Shown here one piece after another: positions 40,237-51,749 of a DNA stretch of 64,000 nucleotides. The DNA is taken from the NCBI GenBank assembly GCA_019358915.1, contig JAHHIM010000036.1:128001-192000 (forward strand). The letters run 5' to 3'. The stretch is from Trichormus sp. ATA11-4-KO1. GTDB taxonomy: Bacteria > Cyanobacteriota > Cyanobacteriia > Cyanobacteriales > Nostocaceae. Positions within the stretch are counted from its first letter, which is position 1, and each line of letters starts with the position of its first letter. The notes beneath the pieces are model-generated. The model searched no databases. It was not told the DNA's origin and saw only the letters and a program-made list of their open reading frames with translations. Both the position numbers and the translations under genes were made by a program.

Positions 40237-40447
40237 GCTAAGAATGGCAATTAAGACTTGCCAAATATGATTGTCTTAAAAAAGTTGGTAATTGGTAATT
40301 ATGGCAAAGTCCAATCATCACCAATTACCCTAAGAAAAGCATCAAAATTATTTAATTTACTCAGGAAGCATCCCCATTTTTGCAAAAACGAAACACAAAG
40401 CTGAAGAAGAAAGAAGACTTGTTCCTTCTTTCTTCTTGCTAAACAGG

Positions 40448-40551
40448 TTTAAATCCCCCACCAAATCATAGATGTGGTGAACTGCAATTGGTGGTGGGTT
40501 TAAATCCCCACCAATTTTCCTTCTGACTTCTGACTCCAACAGGACTTCCTT
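40448..40551. repeat. Palindromic/dispersed repeat
   Basis: TTTAAATCCCC(C)ACCAA occurs twice with an inverted partner; tail AATTTTCCTTCTGACT..CCAACAG.ACTTCCTT recurs at about 53677-53708. Confidence 0.6.
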
Positions 40552-40749
40552 ATTTAAACAATTGATTTTAGCTAATACCTAAGCTTATTTTGTTTAATTA
40601 AAAAAATATAAAATATTCTAGTGAATTCAAACAACTAACACCCAATTTTTTTATCTATCTTTTGGATTTAATATCTCCCTCGGCTGGTAGAAACGATTAT
40701 GAAGAATGGTTGATAACCTGAATACAGTTGAATTTTTTGAGGAGGTATT

Positions 40750-41022
40750 ATGAACCTTATTGCTTGGGCCATTTTAGGATTATTAGCTGGTGCGATCGGT
40801 AAAGCAATTTATCCCGGTTCTCAAGATGGCGGAATTCTTTCAACCATGATTTTGGGTATTATCGGTGCATTTGTCGGAGGTAGTTTATTTACATTACTGC
40901 AAACCGGGTCACTACAACTTACTGCCGCTAGTTTAAGTATTCCAGGTCTTTTTGTCGCAGTTATTGGTTCCATCATTGCTATTTACCTGTGGGGCTTGTT
41001 GACCAGAAGTCGTAGCGCCTAA
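40750..41022 (+). CDS. GlsB/YeaQ/YmgE family stress-response membrane protein
   Basis: IAWAILGLLAGAIGKAIYPG...LGIIGAFVGG; SD GGAGG. Confidence 0.9.
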   Translation: MNLIAWAILGLLAGAIGKAIYPGSQDGGILSTMILGIIGAFVGGSLFTLLQTGSLQLTAASLSIPGLFVAVIGSIIAIYLWGLLTRSRSA

Positions 41023-41291
41023 TTTAAATTAGCACCTAGCGAGCGTGAGATGAGAAACGTGCCTGCTAAATCTTCTCACACACTAATCTTACAAGCTTCG
41101 GGAATTGCGACGTTCTCCCCCGCTAGATGTTAATCTGTTTAAACTAACGCATCGATACTACTTTAAGTATTTTAAGTAGTATCTCAAGCGCATTCTTAGT
41201 TTGTCGAACTGAAGAGAAGAACTTAAAAAATGTCAAACTAATTGCCATAAAGACAATTAATTTGCATTGAGAACATTTTTAGGAATTTTGT

Positions 41292-41984
41292 ATGTTTTAC
41301 CACAAAAAAGAACCTATTCATGCTGTAAATATTGTTGAATCTGACCCTCGTTTTGCTCAATTACTTCTTGAGCAGTTTGGCGGTGCAACTGGAGAACTCT
41401 CAGCAGCTTTACAATATTGGGTACAATCCTTTCATGTAGAAAATGCGGGGATTCGTGACATGCTCCAAGATATTGCCATGGAGGAATTTAGTCACCTAGA
41501 GATGGTTGGTAAACTCATCGAAGGTCATACCAAAAATGTGGATCAAACAGAGGCATATAAAAGCACTCTCTTTGCAGTCCGAGGTATGGGCCCACACTTT
41601 CTAGATAGTCAAGGTAGTGCTTGGACGGCAAATTACTTGAATGAAGGTGGAGATGTAGTGCGGGATTTAAGAGCTAATATTGCAGCAGAAGCTGGCGCTC
41701 GTCAGACTTACGAAGAATTAATTAAGCTAGCAACTGATCAAGGAACAAAAGAGACCTTAGTTCATCTTTTAACACGAGAAATCTCTCATACACAAATGTT
41801 TATGAAGGCTCTCGATTCATTGGGTAAATTGACAGACCCACTCTTTGGCAATATTCAGCCTGATGAAACTGTTGCTCTCTATTACAACCTATCTACCGAT
41901 GGCAATGGTAAAGATGAACGTGGCCCTTGGAATTCTGAGCCATCATTTACATACATTGCTAATCCCCTGGAAAATCATTCCTAA
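41292..41984 (+). CDS. katB: Manganese catalase (KatB-like)
   Basis: LLEQFGGATGEL, DIAMEEFSHLEMVG, DLRANIAAEAGA, REISH. Confidence 0.93.
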   Translation: MFYHKKEPIHAVNIVESDPRFAQLLLEQFGGATGELSAALQYWVQSFHVENAGIRDMLQDIAMEEFSHLEMVGKLIEGHTKNVDQTEAYKSTLFAVRGMGPHFLDSQGSAWTANYLNEGGDVVRDLRANIAAEAGARQTYEELIKLATDQGTKETLVHLLTREISHTQMFMKALDSLGKLTDPLFGNIQPDETVALYYNLSTDGNGKDERGPWNSEPSFTYIANPLENHS

Positions 41985-42275
41985 CTAAAATATGCCTCGG
42001 CTAGAGGTTCAGCCAAAACTACATTTTTGTGCAAAATCTTCATACTCAATCAAGCATCATGCCTATTTGTGAGTAGTATAAGCGTAGGCGATCGCCAAAC
42101 TTATTTCCATGCACCTGTCCTGTAAACAACAATTGATGCTGTGTATCCAGATGTCATCAAACACAATCTCAACAGCCTTGTTGACTATTTGCTAGTTAAA
42201 ATTTAAGTTCCTAATAATGTCTCCGGTAAGTTGAGAACAGCGATACACTGGGAAATATTCTTTGAGGAAGCATTA

Positions 42276-42668
42276 ATGGCACGGTCAAACGGGGTAAAAA
42301 CTGAAGCATCTGCACAAGAATTGCCTATAGTGTCAGACATTCAAGATACGGTAGAAATTGAAGAACAGGATGAATTAGTGGCGGATGTGCAAGATATTGA
42401 CAGCATTTTGAACTCACTCAAAACTTTACTGAGTAGTGTAGAAAAGCTGCAAAAAATTCGGCAGGAAGTGGGTGACATCAAACCTTTGATTGGGCGGATG
42501 CTGGATGGAGAACTACTTGCTGGAGATGAGCTTGAGCAACTCAAAACAGGCGTGAGTGGTCTTTCTCGCCTCACTCGTGCTTATAGCGACCATCAAGCAG
42601 CCTTAGCTAAAGCACAACCTGCCAGAAACCTCCTAGACCAAGTATTGAAGGAAAGTAAAACTAACTAA
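42276..42668 (+). CDS. Hypothetical coiled-coil protein
   Basis: ATG at 42276 with SD GAGGA; helical composition. Confidence 0.65.
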   Translation: MARSNGVKTEASAQELPIVSDIQDTVEIEEQDELVADVQDIDSILNSLKTLLSSVEKLQKIRQEVGDIKPLIGRMLDGELLAGDELEQLKTGVSGLSRLTRAYSDHQAALAKAQPARNLLDQVLKESKTN

Positions 42669-43028
42669 TTCAAAACCACTTCAAGTCAAGAGGTGGAAAG
42701 CGTTGCAAAACAGAGTAGAAACTCAACTGGTCAAAATTTTTGTTTCCTTGCTGCTGAAGCTCGACTTTATCCATTTTTTTTGCAACGCGGTAAGCGCAGC
42801 TATATGCTTCCAAAGCTTCAGTTTGCTTTGATTTTCTGGTACATATTAATTTTTGGGAGAATTCTCTCAAAAATTAGCATATTAACCCGATTATTGATAG
42901 CTGTTGCTCTATAAATATATCTTTGGGTTGACAGATCGACTGATTGTAACTGTACATATGGCTGGAGTGGCAAACGTCGAGACTTATGCTAAATACATCA
43001 TGAGTATGGAATTTTACGCATGTGATTG

Positions 43029-44069
43029 CTACAGTTTATTCAAACCAGCAGAACGACGATACAGTAACCAGATAAATAAAGGTGAACCTAGTAAGGCAGT
43101 AACAGAACCTACTGGTAATTCCACTGCTCCTAGTCTAGAAAGTAAATCTGCAAAGGTGAGTAGCCAAGCACCCGCTAGCGCTGAAAGTGGTAAAACAAAA
43201 CGGTGATCTGTACCGACGATGAGGCGGACACCGTGAGGTACAACCAAACCAACAAACCCAATTAAACCACAGATACTAACTGCACCCGCCGCTAATAAAG
43301 TGGCAACACCACCAATTAATAGGCGCGATCGCGTTAACGAAACTCCCAAACCTACAGCTAAATCATCTCCCAAGGCCAGCACGTTTACTGATCGCGCCAG
43401 TAGCCATCCCCCCAGTAAGGCGACAAGAATATAAGGGCCAGCTGTAGAAATTTCTCGCCAACCCCTGCCATTTAAGCTCCCAACTAGCCAACTCAAAGCA
43501 ATTTGAATTTGACCATCTTCAGCTAATAGAAGTAATGTAGTTTGCACTGCACCCAATAAAGAACTCACTGCAACCCCGCCTAAAATCAACCGTTCCACCG
43601 AAATTCCCGACCCAGCACGACCAAGCAAAATGACAATAGCTGAAGTTAAAATTGCGCCTATCCATGCAGCTAAAGGAATCGCTATCGGGAATACTTGCAA
43701 AACGATCATCACAATCACAATCAGTCCTGCACCGGCGGAAATCCCTAAAATAAATGGGTCAGCCAGGCTATTGCGTAACATTCCTTGCAATAGCGCGCCT
43801 GACATTCCCAAGGCTGCACCAACGATCAGCGCAGCGACAATACGCGGGAGACGCAAATCCCAGACTATTGTTTGTTTGATGGGATCGCCTTTGTGGAGCA
43901 TCGCCTGCCAAAATTCCGAGACGGTTAAGGGTACTGCTCCTTGAGACAGAGAAAGCACTAAAGTTATTAATAGTCCCGTACTCAAGAGCAAAACAGCCCA
44001 GAGTATACGGTGTTTGGTAAAAGTGGCTGGCGATAGTATTTTCATTACATAAGATATGTACTCAGACAA
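43029..44069 (-). CDS. FecCD-family iron/cobalamin ABC transporter permease
   Basis: LRLPR, RNSLADPFILGISAGA, GLIGFVGLVVPH, ELPVG. Confidence 0.95.
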   Translation of the reverse strand: MSEYISYVMKILSPATFTKHRILWAVLLLSTGLLITLVLSLSQGAVPLTVSEFWQAMLHKGDPIKQTIVWDLRLPRIVAALIVGAALGMSGALLQGMLRNSLADPFILGISAGAGLIVIVMIVLQVFPIAIPLAAWIGAILTSAIVILLGRAGSGISVERLILGGVAVSSLLGAVQTTLLLLAEDGQIQIALSWLVGSLNGRGWREISTAGPYILVALLGGWLLARSVNVLALGDDLAVGLGVSLTRSRLLIGGVATLLAAGAVSICGLIGFVGLVVPHGVRLIVGTDHRFVLPLSALAGAWLLTFADLLSRLGAVELPVGSVTALLGSPLFIWLLYRRSAGLNKL

Positions 44070-44110
44070 AATTAACTATACGCATTAATTTCCCTGTCCC
44101 CTGTTCCCTA

Positions 44111-44890
44111 TCACATATATCTTGTCAGTTGAACTCGATAACGATCTTTTTTAGTAACTGCAATTTCCCCGACTTCTAAACGTCCCTTACTACGAATAGC
44201 GATTAAGTCGCCTGATTTCACCTGAAAACTAGATTGACTGACTTCTTTCCAATTAACACGGACATCACCACCATCGATTAAATTAACCATTTTGCTGCGG
44301 GACATACTAAACCCAGCCGAGGCGATCGCATCTAACCGCAAAGACGCTTCTACTGTAGTTAATTCTTTTTTCTTGGGTTCCCGAATCTTTAACTCGGTGA
44401 TTTCAATCGGCTGGGTTTTCACCTGCACTGATCGCACTTGTTGCAGACTCATGGCTAAAAATTCCGCCAATTCTGGAGCGACAATCGCCTGCGCTCCCCG
44501 TTCTCCCAGAACAATGATATCTCCTGTCTTTTCGCGAACAATTCCCGTTCCCAGCATTGCGCCTAAAAAGTCGCGGTGAGTGGCGGTATCAAAGAGAAAA
44601 TTACCAGCAATTTCCAGGGCGACAAGGGCGACTTGAGATTGATCTAGGGGAATTTCTGCACGAGCGATCGCTATTCTTTGGCGTTCTGCTTGGGGATAGC
44701 CACCCCACATCACCAATTGCACTTCTGTCAACCGATTGAACACTCGCTGAATTTCTGCCAACTCTGGCGGAGATAGGAAATCTGTCAAAACTACTTCCCA
44801 AGTTTTAATCGCTTGCTCTGCTTGATCAATTACACGAGCTACACTATCTCGATTTTCAACACCCTTTAATAGTTCTTCTCTTGGCAACAT
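44111..44890 (-). CDS. Photosystem II S4-domain protein (YlmH/Sll1252-like)
   Basis: TDFLSPPE, GGYPQAERQR, HRDFLGA, EASLRLDAIASAGF, S4 domain. Confidence 0.92.
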   Translation of the reverse strand: MLPREELLKGVENRDSVARVIDQAEQAIKTWEVVLTDFLSPPELAEIQRVFNRLTEVQLVMWGGYPQAERQRIAIARAEIPLDQSQVALVALEIAGNFLFDTATHRDFLGAMLGTGIVREKTGDIIVLGERGAQAIVAPELAEFLAMSLQQVRSVQVKTQPIEITELKIREPKKKELTTVEASLRLDAIASAGFSMSRSKMVNLIDGGDVRVNWKEVSQSSFQVKSGDLIAIRSKGRLEVGEIAVTKKDRYRVQLTRYM

Positions 44891-44940
44891 TCTCAAAAAT
44901 TATTAGTTATTTTTTAACTCAAAGTTAAAAACTTATCATG

Positions 44941-45471
44941 CTAAATCTGTCTTGATTCTAATTTTAGTTCCCATTTCCAGATATTTTCATTTCTATCAAT
45001 TTGTTGCATTCCCAGTTTTTCTAAAATGCGAATCGAAGCAGCATGATCATCAGGGGAATGAGAGATAATTCTTTTCAGTTCCGGCTGAGTAAAGGCAAAA
45101 TCAACCAAGGCTTGAATTGCTTCAAATCCATATCCCTGTTGGCGATAAGTCGATAGCACTTCATAACCCATTTCTACAGTTCCTTGCTCATCGGGTTTGC
45201 CACCAAATCCCAAATCACCAATCAGGGTAGCATCATCAATATGAATCATTAGCCACACACCCCAACCTAGCTGGGATGGATCATCTATCAGCATCTGAGC
45301 ATAAACTGGTAAAAAATCTAACACCTCAGAGGCATACCATTCATCAGGAACCCTGACTCCTAAAAGCTTTTCTACTTGTAATTTATTCTTTGCCGTAGCA
45401 GCTTCAGCCACCTCCAAAGAACAGGGCAGTAATTCAAGGCGGTGTGTTGTAATTTGTAAAGAATAGTTCAT
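44941..45471 (-). CDS. GNAT (RimJ/RimL-like) N-acetyltransferase
   Basis: IGDLGF.GKP, VEMGY, YRQQGYG.EA, SIRILEKLG. Confidence 0.9.
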   Translation of the reverse strand: MNYSLQITTHRLELLPCSLEVAEAATAKNKLQVEKLLGVRVPDEWYASEVLDFLPVYAQMLIDDPSQLGWGVWLMIHIDDATLIGDLGFGGKPDEQGTVEMGYEVLSTYRQQGYGFEAIQALVDFAFTQPELKRIISHSPDDHAASIRILEKLGMQQIDRNENIWKWELKLESRQI

Positions 45472-45474
45472 TAA

Positions 45475-45981
45475 CTAAACGCTAGTTGTGTCAGCATAAC
45501 CCTGGATATTTTCTGGCTCGAATTTACGTAATATGCGTGTTGCTTGCCGACTAATGGCTTCAGAAACCTGAACGACAAGGATGTATTTGCCCATGTCTAG
45601 GCGGTTGCGGTAGGGTAGAGCATCGCCACTACCCACAACTAAGCCAATTCCGCCACCGACAACCACACTACCCATAGCACCACTACCAGCGCCCAGTAGT
45701 CCCCCAACAATATGATTACCAATTTCACCTGCCCAAGCAAAAGTATCTAGACCTGTGATCAGACTAAAGGTAAAGCCTGCAAAAAAGCCGAATGGTACTA
45801 GCCAGAATGCCATGAGCTGTGCTTGCTTTTTGGCTTGCTCTTTGGGGTCAATCAAGCCAAACTCGTCAGCAGTTTTATAACCTTTACCCAGGATAGTACT
45901 GTTAATGCCCTCTTTTTCTAAAGCTAAGTAAGCGGCTTCGGCTTGGATGCGGTCTGGCAATACGGCAACAAGGTAATTCAT
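45475..45981 (-). CDS. Conserved hypothetical membrane protein
   Basis: Gly-rich hydrophobic hairpin; YRNRL..GKY. Confidence 0.75.
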   Translation of the reverse strand: MNYLVAVLPDRIQAEAAYLALEKEGINSTILGKGYKTADEFGLIDPKEQAKKQAQLMAFWLVPFGFFAGFTFSLITGLDTFAWAGEIGNHIVGGLLGAGSGAMGSVVVGGGIGLVVGSGDALPYRNRLDMGKYILVVQVSEAISRQATRILRKFEPENIQGYADTTSV

Positions 45982-46101
45982 TGATTAAATAACAGTTGTT
46001 TGATAAAAGTTCTTAATTAACAGCTTATCAGTGTAGGGTGAATCAATCTTGTACCTAATTTCTCTCTTGGTTTTCACTCAGGAAAAAAGCACTTTTTTCT
46101 A

Positions 46102-46479
46102 TCACTTTAGCGAATCTAGCGGCTCACAAAAATTATTTACGCCTTGTTTGAGAATATATATTAAAACTGGCGTTGCCAAAATTTTAGGAAATGTCGGCAT
46201 TGTTTTGAGATGTTCCATCATCCTCACAAAAGAGTTATTGAGTAAATCTTCCCGATATTCTTGTTCACAAATGACAGCACGCCATTTTCTAGCCAAAGCA
46301 TCTAACCATTCTGAATTAGTCATTCCTGGTTCCTGTCCCGCCCGGATAGCCAGTGTCATTGCTGCATCTTCTAAATCTCCGTCACAATCCTCAATTAAGT
46401 CCAGCGCTTCCATCGCTCTGGGGTCATCTGCTAATTGAGAACGAAACAGGGCAATTTCTTGCGATGTAACTGTGGTCAT
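46102..46479 (-). CDS. Conserved cyanobacterial hypothetical protein
   Basis: ALDLIEDCDGDLEDAA motif; collinear with flanking minus-strand genes. Confidence 0.75.
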   Translation of the reverse strand: MTTVTSQEIALFRSQLADDPRAMEALDLIEDCDGDLEDAAMTLAIRAGQEPGMTNSEWLDALARKWRAVICEQEYREDLLNNSFVRMMEHLKTMPTFPKILATPVLIYILKQGVNNFCEPLDSLK

Positions 46480-46553
46480 AGGGTCTTGATCAGCTGAGAA
46501 TTCAAATACTTAGCTATGGTAGTCCAATTTTGAATGTTGATTTGGTGTGTTAT

Positions 46554-47639
46554 TTATCTAGCAAGAGTTACTCTTAGCCTGTGACTAACCAACTCAGTTG
46601 CCAACTGGATTGCGGCTTTCATACTTGTAGCATCAGCAATTCCCTGACCGGCAATATCAAAAGCTGTGCCATGATCTGGTGAGGTACGCACAAACGGCAA
46701 ACCAATAGAAGTATTAACGGCGCGGTCAAAGGCCATCAGTTTCACGGGAATTAAGCCTTGGTCGTGGTAAAGCGCCAAATACGCATCGGCGGGATTTTGC
46801 ACAGGCGAATTACTATACCAAGCTTGACCAGGCTTAACCCACATTGTATCTGGTGGTATTGGCCCATCTAGCTGTAAATTCGGGCGATTTTGTCGTTCTT
46901 GTTCTAACCAAGAAATTAACCAATCTTGTTCTTCATGTCCTAGTTGTCCCTGTTCGCCACTGTGGGGATTCAAACCCGCGATCGCAATTCTGGCGTTTTC
47001 TAACCCAAAATCTTGCTCTAAACACTCTACCAACAAATCTAATTTTTTCGTCAACAACTGCGGTGTCAGTGTGTCTGCTACTTGACGTAGGGGAATATGT
47101 GTGGTAACCAGTAAAGTGCGGAGTATCCAACCAGTATGAGGCGATCGCGCTACAAATAACATGCCAAAGCGGTCAACACCAGATTTTTGAGCTAAAAGTT
47201 CCGTTTGTCCTGGATAATGATATCCTGCGGCTTTCCAAGCAGATTTAGCGATGGGGCCTGTCACAATACCATCAAATTCACCAGCCAGTGTTTGGGCGAT
47301 CGCACATTCCATGTAGGCAAAACTAGCCGCACCACTCGCCGCATTACCCGTACCAATGAGTATTTGACTGGCAATTTCTCTATCTACTGGCACATCAATA
47401 ATTTGCAGATGATCTGAATTTGCTAAATTCTCAGACAAATTTAGCTGTTGATAAGTCTTTAGCAGTAGGTCTCTATTACCTACCACTGTCAAGTTACAGT
47501 TTTGACTAACGGCTGGATCTGCTATAGCCTTTAAAATGACTTCTGTCCCAATTCCCGCCGGATCTCCCAGTGTTAGCGCCAAGCGTGGGCGATGTGATAG
47601 ATGTGAATTTACTAGCTGGTGATGATTAAGTTGATACAT
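46554..47639 (-). CDS. pdxA: 4-hydroxythreonine-4-phosphate dehydrogenase
   Basis: [41 protein letters not shown]. Confidence 0.97.
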   Translation of the reverse strand: MYQLNHHQLVNSHLSHRPRLALTLGDPAGIGTEVILKAIADPAVSQNCNLTVVGNRDLLLKTYQQLNLSENLANSDHLQIIDVPVDREIASQILIGTGNAASGAASFAYMECAIAQTLAGEFDGIVTGPIAKSAWKAAGYHYPGQTELLAQKSGVDRFGMLFVARSPHTGWILRTLLVTTHIPLRQVADTLTPQLLTKKLDLLVECLEQDFGLENARIAIAGLNPHSGEQGQLGHEEQDWLISWLEQERQNRPNLQLDGPIPPDTMWVKPGQAWYSNSPVQNPADAYLALYHDQGLIPVKLMAFDRAVNTSIGLPFVRTSPDHGTAFDIAGQGIADATSMKAAIQLATELVSHRLRVTLAR

Positions 47640-47907
47640 ATTTGTCAGGCTGCTCCCATATTCCTAGTTTAGGGATTAGCCATAAAACTAGTTTAGAATT
47701 ATTTACACAGGTCTAATCCAAAAGTAGCCGTTGTAGAGCTTCTGGTAGAGCTATTTTACCTGAGTCTGCCTCAGGCACTTGGTAGACATGAAACCAATTC
47801 GCAATTCGCAATTCGCAATTGAATGAAACAGCCCCATATCCAGGAAATCTCAAGGGCAACCTTTAAAATGACCTTAAGTTAACTATTCGCAAAGGAGAAT
47901 CACACCA

Positions 47908-48012
47908 ATGGGCGGCGAAATTTTAAATGCAGCTCTGTTGTCTTTCGGTTTAATCTTCGTGGGTTGGGCCTTAGGTGCTTTGTTACTGAAAATTCAGGGT
48001 GCAGAGGAATAA
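47908..48012 (+). CDS. petM: Cytochrome b6f subunit VII PetM (not in ORF track)
   Basis: [34 protein letters not shown], 34 aa, SD AAGGAG; upstream of ycf39. Confidence 0.93.
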   Translation: MGGEILNAALLSFGLIFVGWALGALLLKIQGAEE

Positions 48013-48124
48013 TTTCTCTGACTTGAAAGTGCTTTTCTAAGTGCTGAGTAAAAATCCCAGTTCTTAGTTCCCAGTCCCTCTTTCATAACTTAGCTGTGAA
48101 ACTCGTTTTATCGAGTTTGTCTGG

Positions 48125-48160
48125 AAAAATAGCGTGTCCGTTTTCCGGACAACGCTTTTT
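48125..48160 (+). terminator. Hairpin with T-tract downstream of petM
   Basis: AGCGT-GTCCG-ttttc-CGGAC-a-ACGCT-TTTT. Confidence 0.55.
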
Positions 48161-48272
48161 CCCATAGGTTCTCTGTATCAATTGAGTTCATTAAAAAAAA
48201 GTAAACTTTTGTTTACAGAGATAATTCTGTTAAGATTCTTTTCATAAAACTTAAAAATTTATTACTACCCTC

Positions 48273-49277
48273 ATGACTTTATTAATCGTCGGTGCCACTG
48301 GCACCTTAGGAAGACAAGTGGCTCGTCGTGCTATCGATGAGGGGTATAAGGTGCGCTGTCTTGTCCGGAGTACCAAAAAAGCTGCCTTTCTCAAAGAATG
48401 GGGTGCAGAATTAGTCCGAGGAGATTTGTGTAACCCCCAAAGTCTCACAGAAGCGCTAGCAGGTGTCACCGCAGTCATCGATGCTGCGACATCTCGTGCT
48501 ACTGATTCACTGACTATTAAACAAGTAGACTGGGATGGTCAGGTGGCATTAATTCAAGCGGCGAAAACTGCTGGTGTAGAGCGTTTTATATTCTTTTCTA
48601 TTCTTGATGCCGAGAAGTATCCACAAGTACCACTGATGGAAATTAAGCGGTGTACAGAATTATTTTTAGCTGAGTCTGGCATAAATTATACAATTCTACG
48701 TTTAGCTGGCTTTATGCAAGGCTTAATCGGTCAATATGGCATACCCATTTTAGAAAACCAACCAGTGTGGGTGACTGGTAATTCTTCGCCTATTGCCTAT
48801 ATGGACACTCAAGACATTGCTAAGTTTGCTATCCGCTCTTTGAGTGTGCCAGAAACAGAAAAACAAGCTTTCCCTGTAGTGGGAACTCGGGCTTGGAGTG
48901 CAGAAGAAATCATTAGCCTGTGCGAGCGTCTATCTGGTAGAGAAGCCAGAATCACACGCATGCCGATTAACCTACTGCGTACTATCCGCCGCATTATCCG
49001 CTTCTTTCAGTGGGGATGGAACGTTGCCGACAGACTGGAGTTTACAGAAGTATTAGCCAGTGGTAAACCGTTAAATGCTTCAATGGATGAAGTATATCAA
49101 GTCTTTGGATTAGACCAGCAACAAACCACCACTCTCGAAAGCTACCTGCAAGAGTACTTTAGTCGAATTATGAAGAAGCTCAAAGAGCTAGACTACGAGA
49201 AAAATAAATCCAAAAATAAAAATCAGAAACCCAAAAAAACTCCTTTTAAACAGTCTTCCAAAGTCAATAGTCAATAA
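48273..49277 (+). CDS. ycf39: Ycf39-like NAD(P)-binding SDR protein
   Basis: GATGTLGRQV, FLKEWGAEL, VPLMEIK, YMDTQDIA. Confidence 0.9.
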   Translation: MTLLIVGATGTLGRQVARRAIDEGYKVRCLVRSTKKAAFLKEWGAELVRGDLCNPQSLTEALAGVTAVIDAATSRATDSLTIKQVDWDGQVALIQAAKTAGVERFIFFSILDAEKYPQVPLMEIKRCTELFLAESGINYTILRLAGFMQGLIGQYGIPILENQPVWVTGNSSPIAYMDTQDIAKFAIRSLSVPETEKQAFPVVGTRAWSAEEIISLCERLSGREARITRMPINLLRTIRRIIRFFQWGWNVADRLEFTEVLASGKPLNASMDEVYQVFGLDQQQTTTLESYLQEYFSRIMKKLKELDYEKNKSKNKNQKPKKTPFKQSSKVNSQ

Positions 49278-49426
49278 AATCATTAGTCATTGGTCATTAG
49301 TTGCTTCCCTCACTCCTCGGAAAAAGATGGAATTCCCACCGATTTTTTTGAGACTAATGACTACATTGTCCAAAATATGTCACGATTACATAAGACAGAG
49401 CATCGCCTAAATTTGGATATTTAAGT

Positions 49427-50344
49427 GTGCCGAAAGCAGGCATTATCTACAATGACGTTAAACCGATAGCGGGTCGCATCGCTATCGAACTAAAAGACAA
49501 GCTAACCGCAGCCGGTTGGAATGTATGTATCACTACGAGTATTGGTGGCATATTGGGCTACTCTAATCCAGAGAGTCCCATCTGCCACACCCCAATTGAA
49601 GGACTAACGCCCCCTGGTTTTGATTCAGAAATGAAGTTTGCCGTGGTACTAGGGGGAGATGGCACTGTTTTAGCAGCGTCGCGTCAAGTAGCCTCCCGTG
49701 GTATCCCACTGCTCACAGTGAATACCGGTCACATGGGATTTTTGACGGAAACTTATCTGAATCAACTGCCTCAAGCCATAGAGCAAGCGATGGCGGGAGA
49801 GTATGAAATCGAAGAACGAGCCATGCTCACCGTCAAAGTATTTCGGGGAGATGCAGTGCTGTGGGAAGCTTTGTGCTTAAACGAAATGGTTTTGCATCGA
49901 GAACCATTAACTTCGATGTGCCATTTTGAAATTGCTGTAGGGCGACATGCGCCAGTAGATATTGCCGCAGATGGTGTAATAGTTTCTACACCAACTGGTT
50001 CTACAGCTTATTCATTGAGTGCTGGTGGGCCAGTAGTGGCTCCTGGGGTACCCGTATTGCAGTTAATACCGATTTGTCCTCATTCCCTGGCTTCGAGAGC
50101 ATTAGTGTTTCCTGATACGGAAACAGTCAACATTTACCCAGTCAATATCCCTCGATTAGTGATGGTGGTAGATGGTAACGGAGGGTGCTATATCTTCCCA
50201 GAGGATCGGGTATATTTAGAGCGATCGCACTACAGTGTCAAATTCATCCGCTTGCAACCACCGGAATTTTTCCGCATTTTACGAGAAAAACTCGGTTGGG
50301 GTCTACCACATATCGCTAAACCTACTTCGGTAGAATTACCTTAA
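49427..50344 (+). CDS. nadK: NAD(+) kinase
   Basis: GGDGT, GHMGFL, LNE, ADG...[15 protein letters not shown]. Confidence 0.96.
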   Translation: MPKAGIIYNDVKPIAGRIAIELKDKLTAAGWNVCITTSIGGILGYSNPESPICHTPIEGLTPPGFDSEMKFAVVLGGDGTVLAASRQVASRGIPLLTVNTGHMGFLTETYLNQLPQAIEQAMAGEYEIEERAMLTVKVFRGDAVLWEALCLNEMVLHREPLTSMCHFEIAVGRHAPVDIAADGVIVSTPTGSTAYSLSAGGPVVAPGVPVLQLIPICPHSLASRALVFPDTETVNIYPVNIPRLVMVVDGNGGCYIFPEDRVYLERSHYSVKFIRLQPPEFFRILREKLGWGLPHIAKPTSVELP

Positions 50345-50619
50345 AAAATGGGCATTGGTGAAAAAATCTTTCTTTTTCCTTGTTTAGTGATTTTCTTCCA
50401 GAATTGCTGGTATAAGGATGGAATTGGGAATTAGTGATTAAACTTGCACCCGAGAACTTAAATGGCTGATTCCCGATCCTACTCAAAAACTTGAGGTAAG
50501 GTATTAATTCAGGATTCGTCCATTAGTAAAAGCCTGTAATTGTTCCTCTAGTTGATTGATAGACTGTTTTAGGAACGTTTAGATAATGCCAAATCCCCAA
50601 TCCAAAATTCCAAATTGTT

Positions 50620-51306
50620 ATGACAGTTGCTCACAGTCCCTGTGTTCTGGTAATTGAAACCGATGAGAGTTTAGCAAGTCAGCTAGCTTTTGATTTGCAA
50701 GAAGCCGGTTATGAGCCGCTTATGGCTCATGATGCCGCAAGCGGTTTGCAATACTGTCGCGATCGCCAGCCTGCTTTAATTGTTGTAGACCGGATGCTCT
50801 CAGGAGAATCAGGACTCTCGTTGTGTAAAAATATCAGAAGTGCGGGAATGTGTGCCCCTGTGCTGGTATTGATGGCAAGGGATACAGTAGATGATCGCGT
50901 AGCCTGTTTAGAAGCTGGGGCTGATGATTACGTCCTCAAGCCTTATCGCCCAGAAGATTTTTTAAAATTGATTCGCCTGTATTTAAAACCTGATGTCGAT
51001 ACTACAGAACAGTTACGCTTTGGGGATTTGGTTTTAGACATAGCTACCCGTCGCGCTATACATAACGGGCGGACAATTGACTTGACCATGAAGGAATTTG
51101 AATTATTAAAGTACTTAATGGAACACCCACGCGAGGTATTAACCCGCGAACAAATTTTGGAAAATGTTTGGGGTTACGACTTTATGGGTGAATCGAATGT
51201 CATAGAAGTGTACATTCGCTACTTACGCCTAAAAATTGAAGATGAAAGTCAAAAGCGTCTCATTCAAACAGTGCGCGGCGTAGGCTACGTATTACGAGAA
51301 TCTTAA
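50620..51306 (+). CDS. nblR: OmpR-family response regulator NblR
   Basis: Atypical receiver (IETD, VDRM, LMARD) plus winged helix LTMKEFELL...NVIEVYIRYLRLK; follows NAD kinase. Confidence 0.85.
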   Translation: MTVAHSPCVLVIETDESLASQLAFDLQEAGYEPLMAHDAASGLQYCRDRQPALIVVDRMLSGESGLSLCKNIRSAGMCAPVLVLMARDTVDDRVACLEAGADDYVLKPYRPEDFLKLIRLYLKPDVDTTEQLRFGDLVLDIATRRAIHNGRTIDLTMKEFELLKYLMEHPREVLTREQILENVWGYDFMGESNVIEVYIRYLRLKIEDESQKRLIQTVRGVGYVLRES

Positions 51307-51326
51307 AATTACGGAAACATCAGGAA

Positions 51327-51707
51327 TTGAATATGGTAGAAGCTAAAAATGTACTAGGCACAAACTTAGAAGCTTGCTGCACTTCTCCCATGACTGGGTA
51401 TTACCGCGACGGATTTTGTAACACTGGTGGTCAAGATTTTGGGATGCACGTTGTTTGCGCCCAAGTGACGCCAGCATTTCTAGAGTTTACTAAATTACAG
51501 GGTAACGACCTTAGCACACCTGTACCCCAATTTAATTTTCCTGGATTGAGTCCAGGCGATCGCTGGTGTTTATGTGCAGCGCGTTGGCAAGAAGCTCTAG
51601 AAGCTGGCGTTGCTCCACCTGTTATACTTTCAGCTACCCACGCCAGAGCCTTGGAGGTTTGCTCTCTAGAGGATTTGCAAAAACACGCTTTGGGGAATAG
51701 GGAATAG
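51327..51707 (+). CDS. DUF2237 family protein
   Basis: NVLG..L..C...PMTG.YRDG.C, GNDLSTP, GDRWCLCA.RW. Confidence 0.9.
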   Translation: MNMVEAKNVLGTNLEACCTSPMTGYYRDGFCNTGGQDFGMHVVCAQVTPAFLEFTKLQGNDLSTPVPQFNFPGLSPGDRWCLCAARWQEALEAGVAPPVILSATHARALEVCSLEDLQKHALGNRE

Positions 51708-51749
51708 GAAATGGGGAAATCAAATGTCTCCTTGTCTCCCTCATCTCCC

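Noticed and set aside
42670..43206. Short overlapping ORFs between the hypothetical gene and the FecCD permease
   Set aside because: No recognisable motifs, mutually overlapping and partly antisense to the permease.
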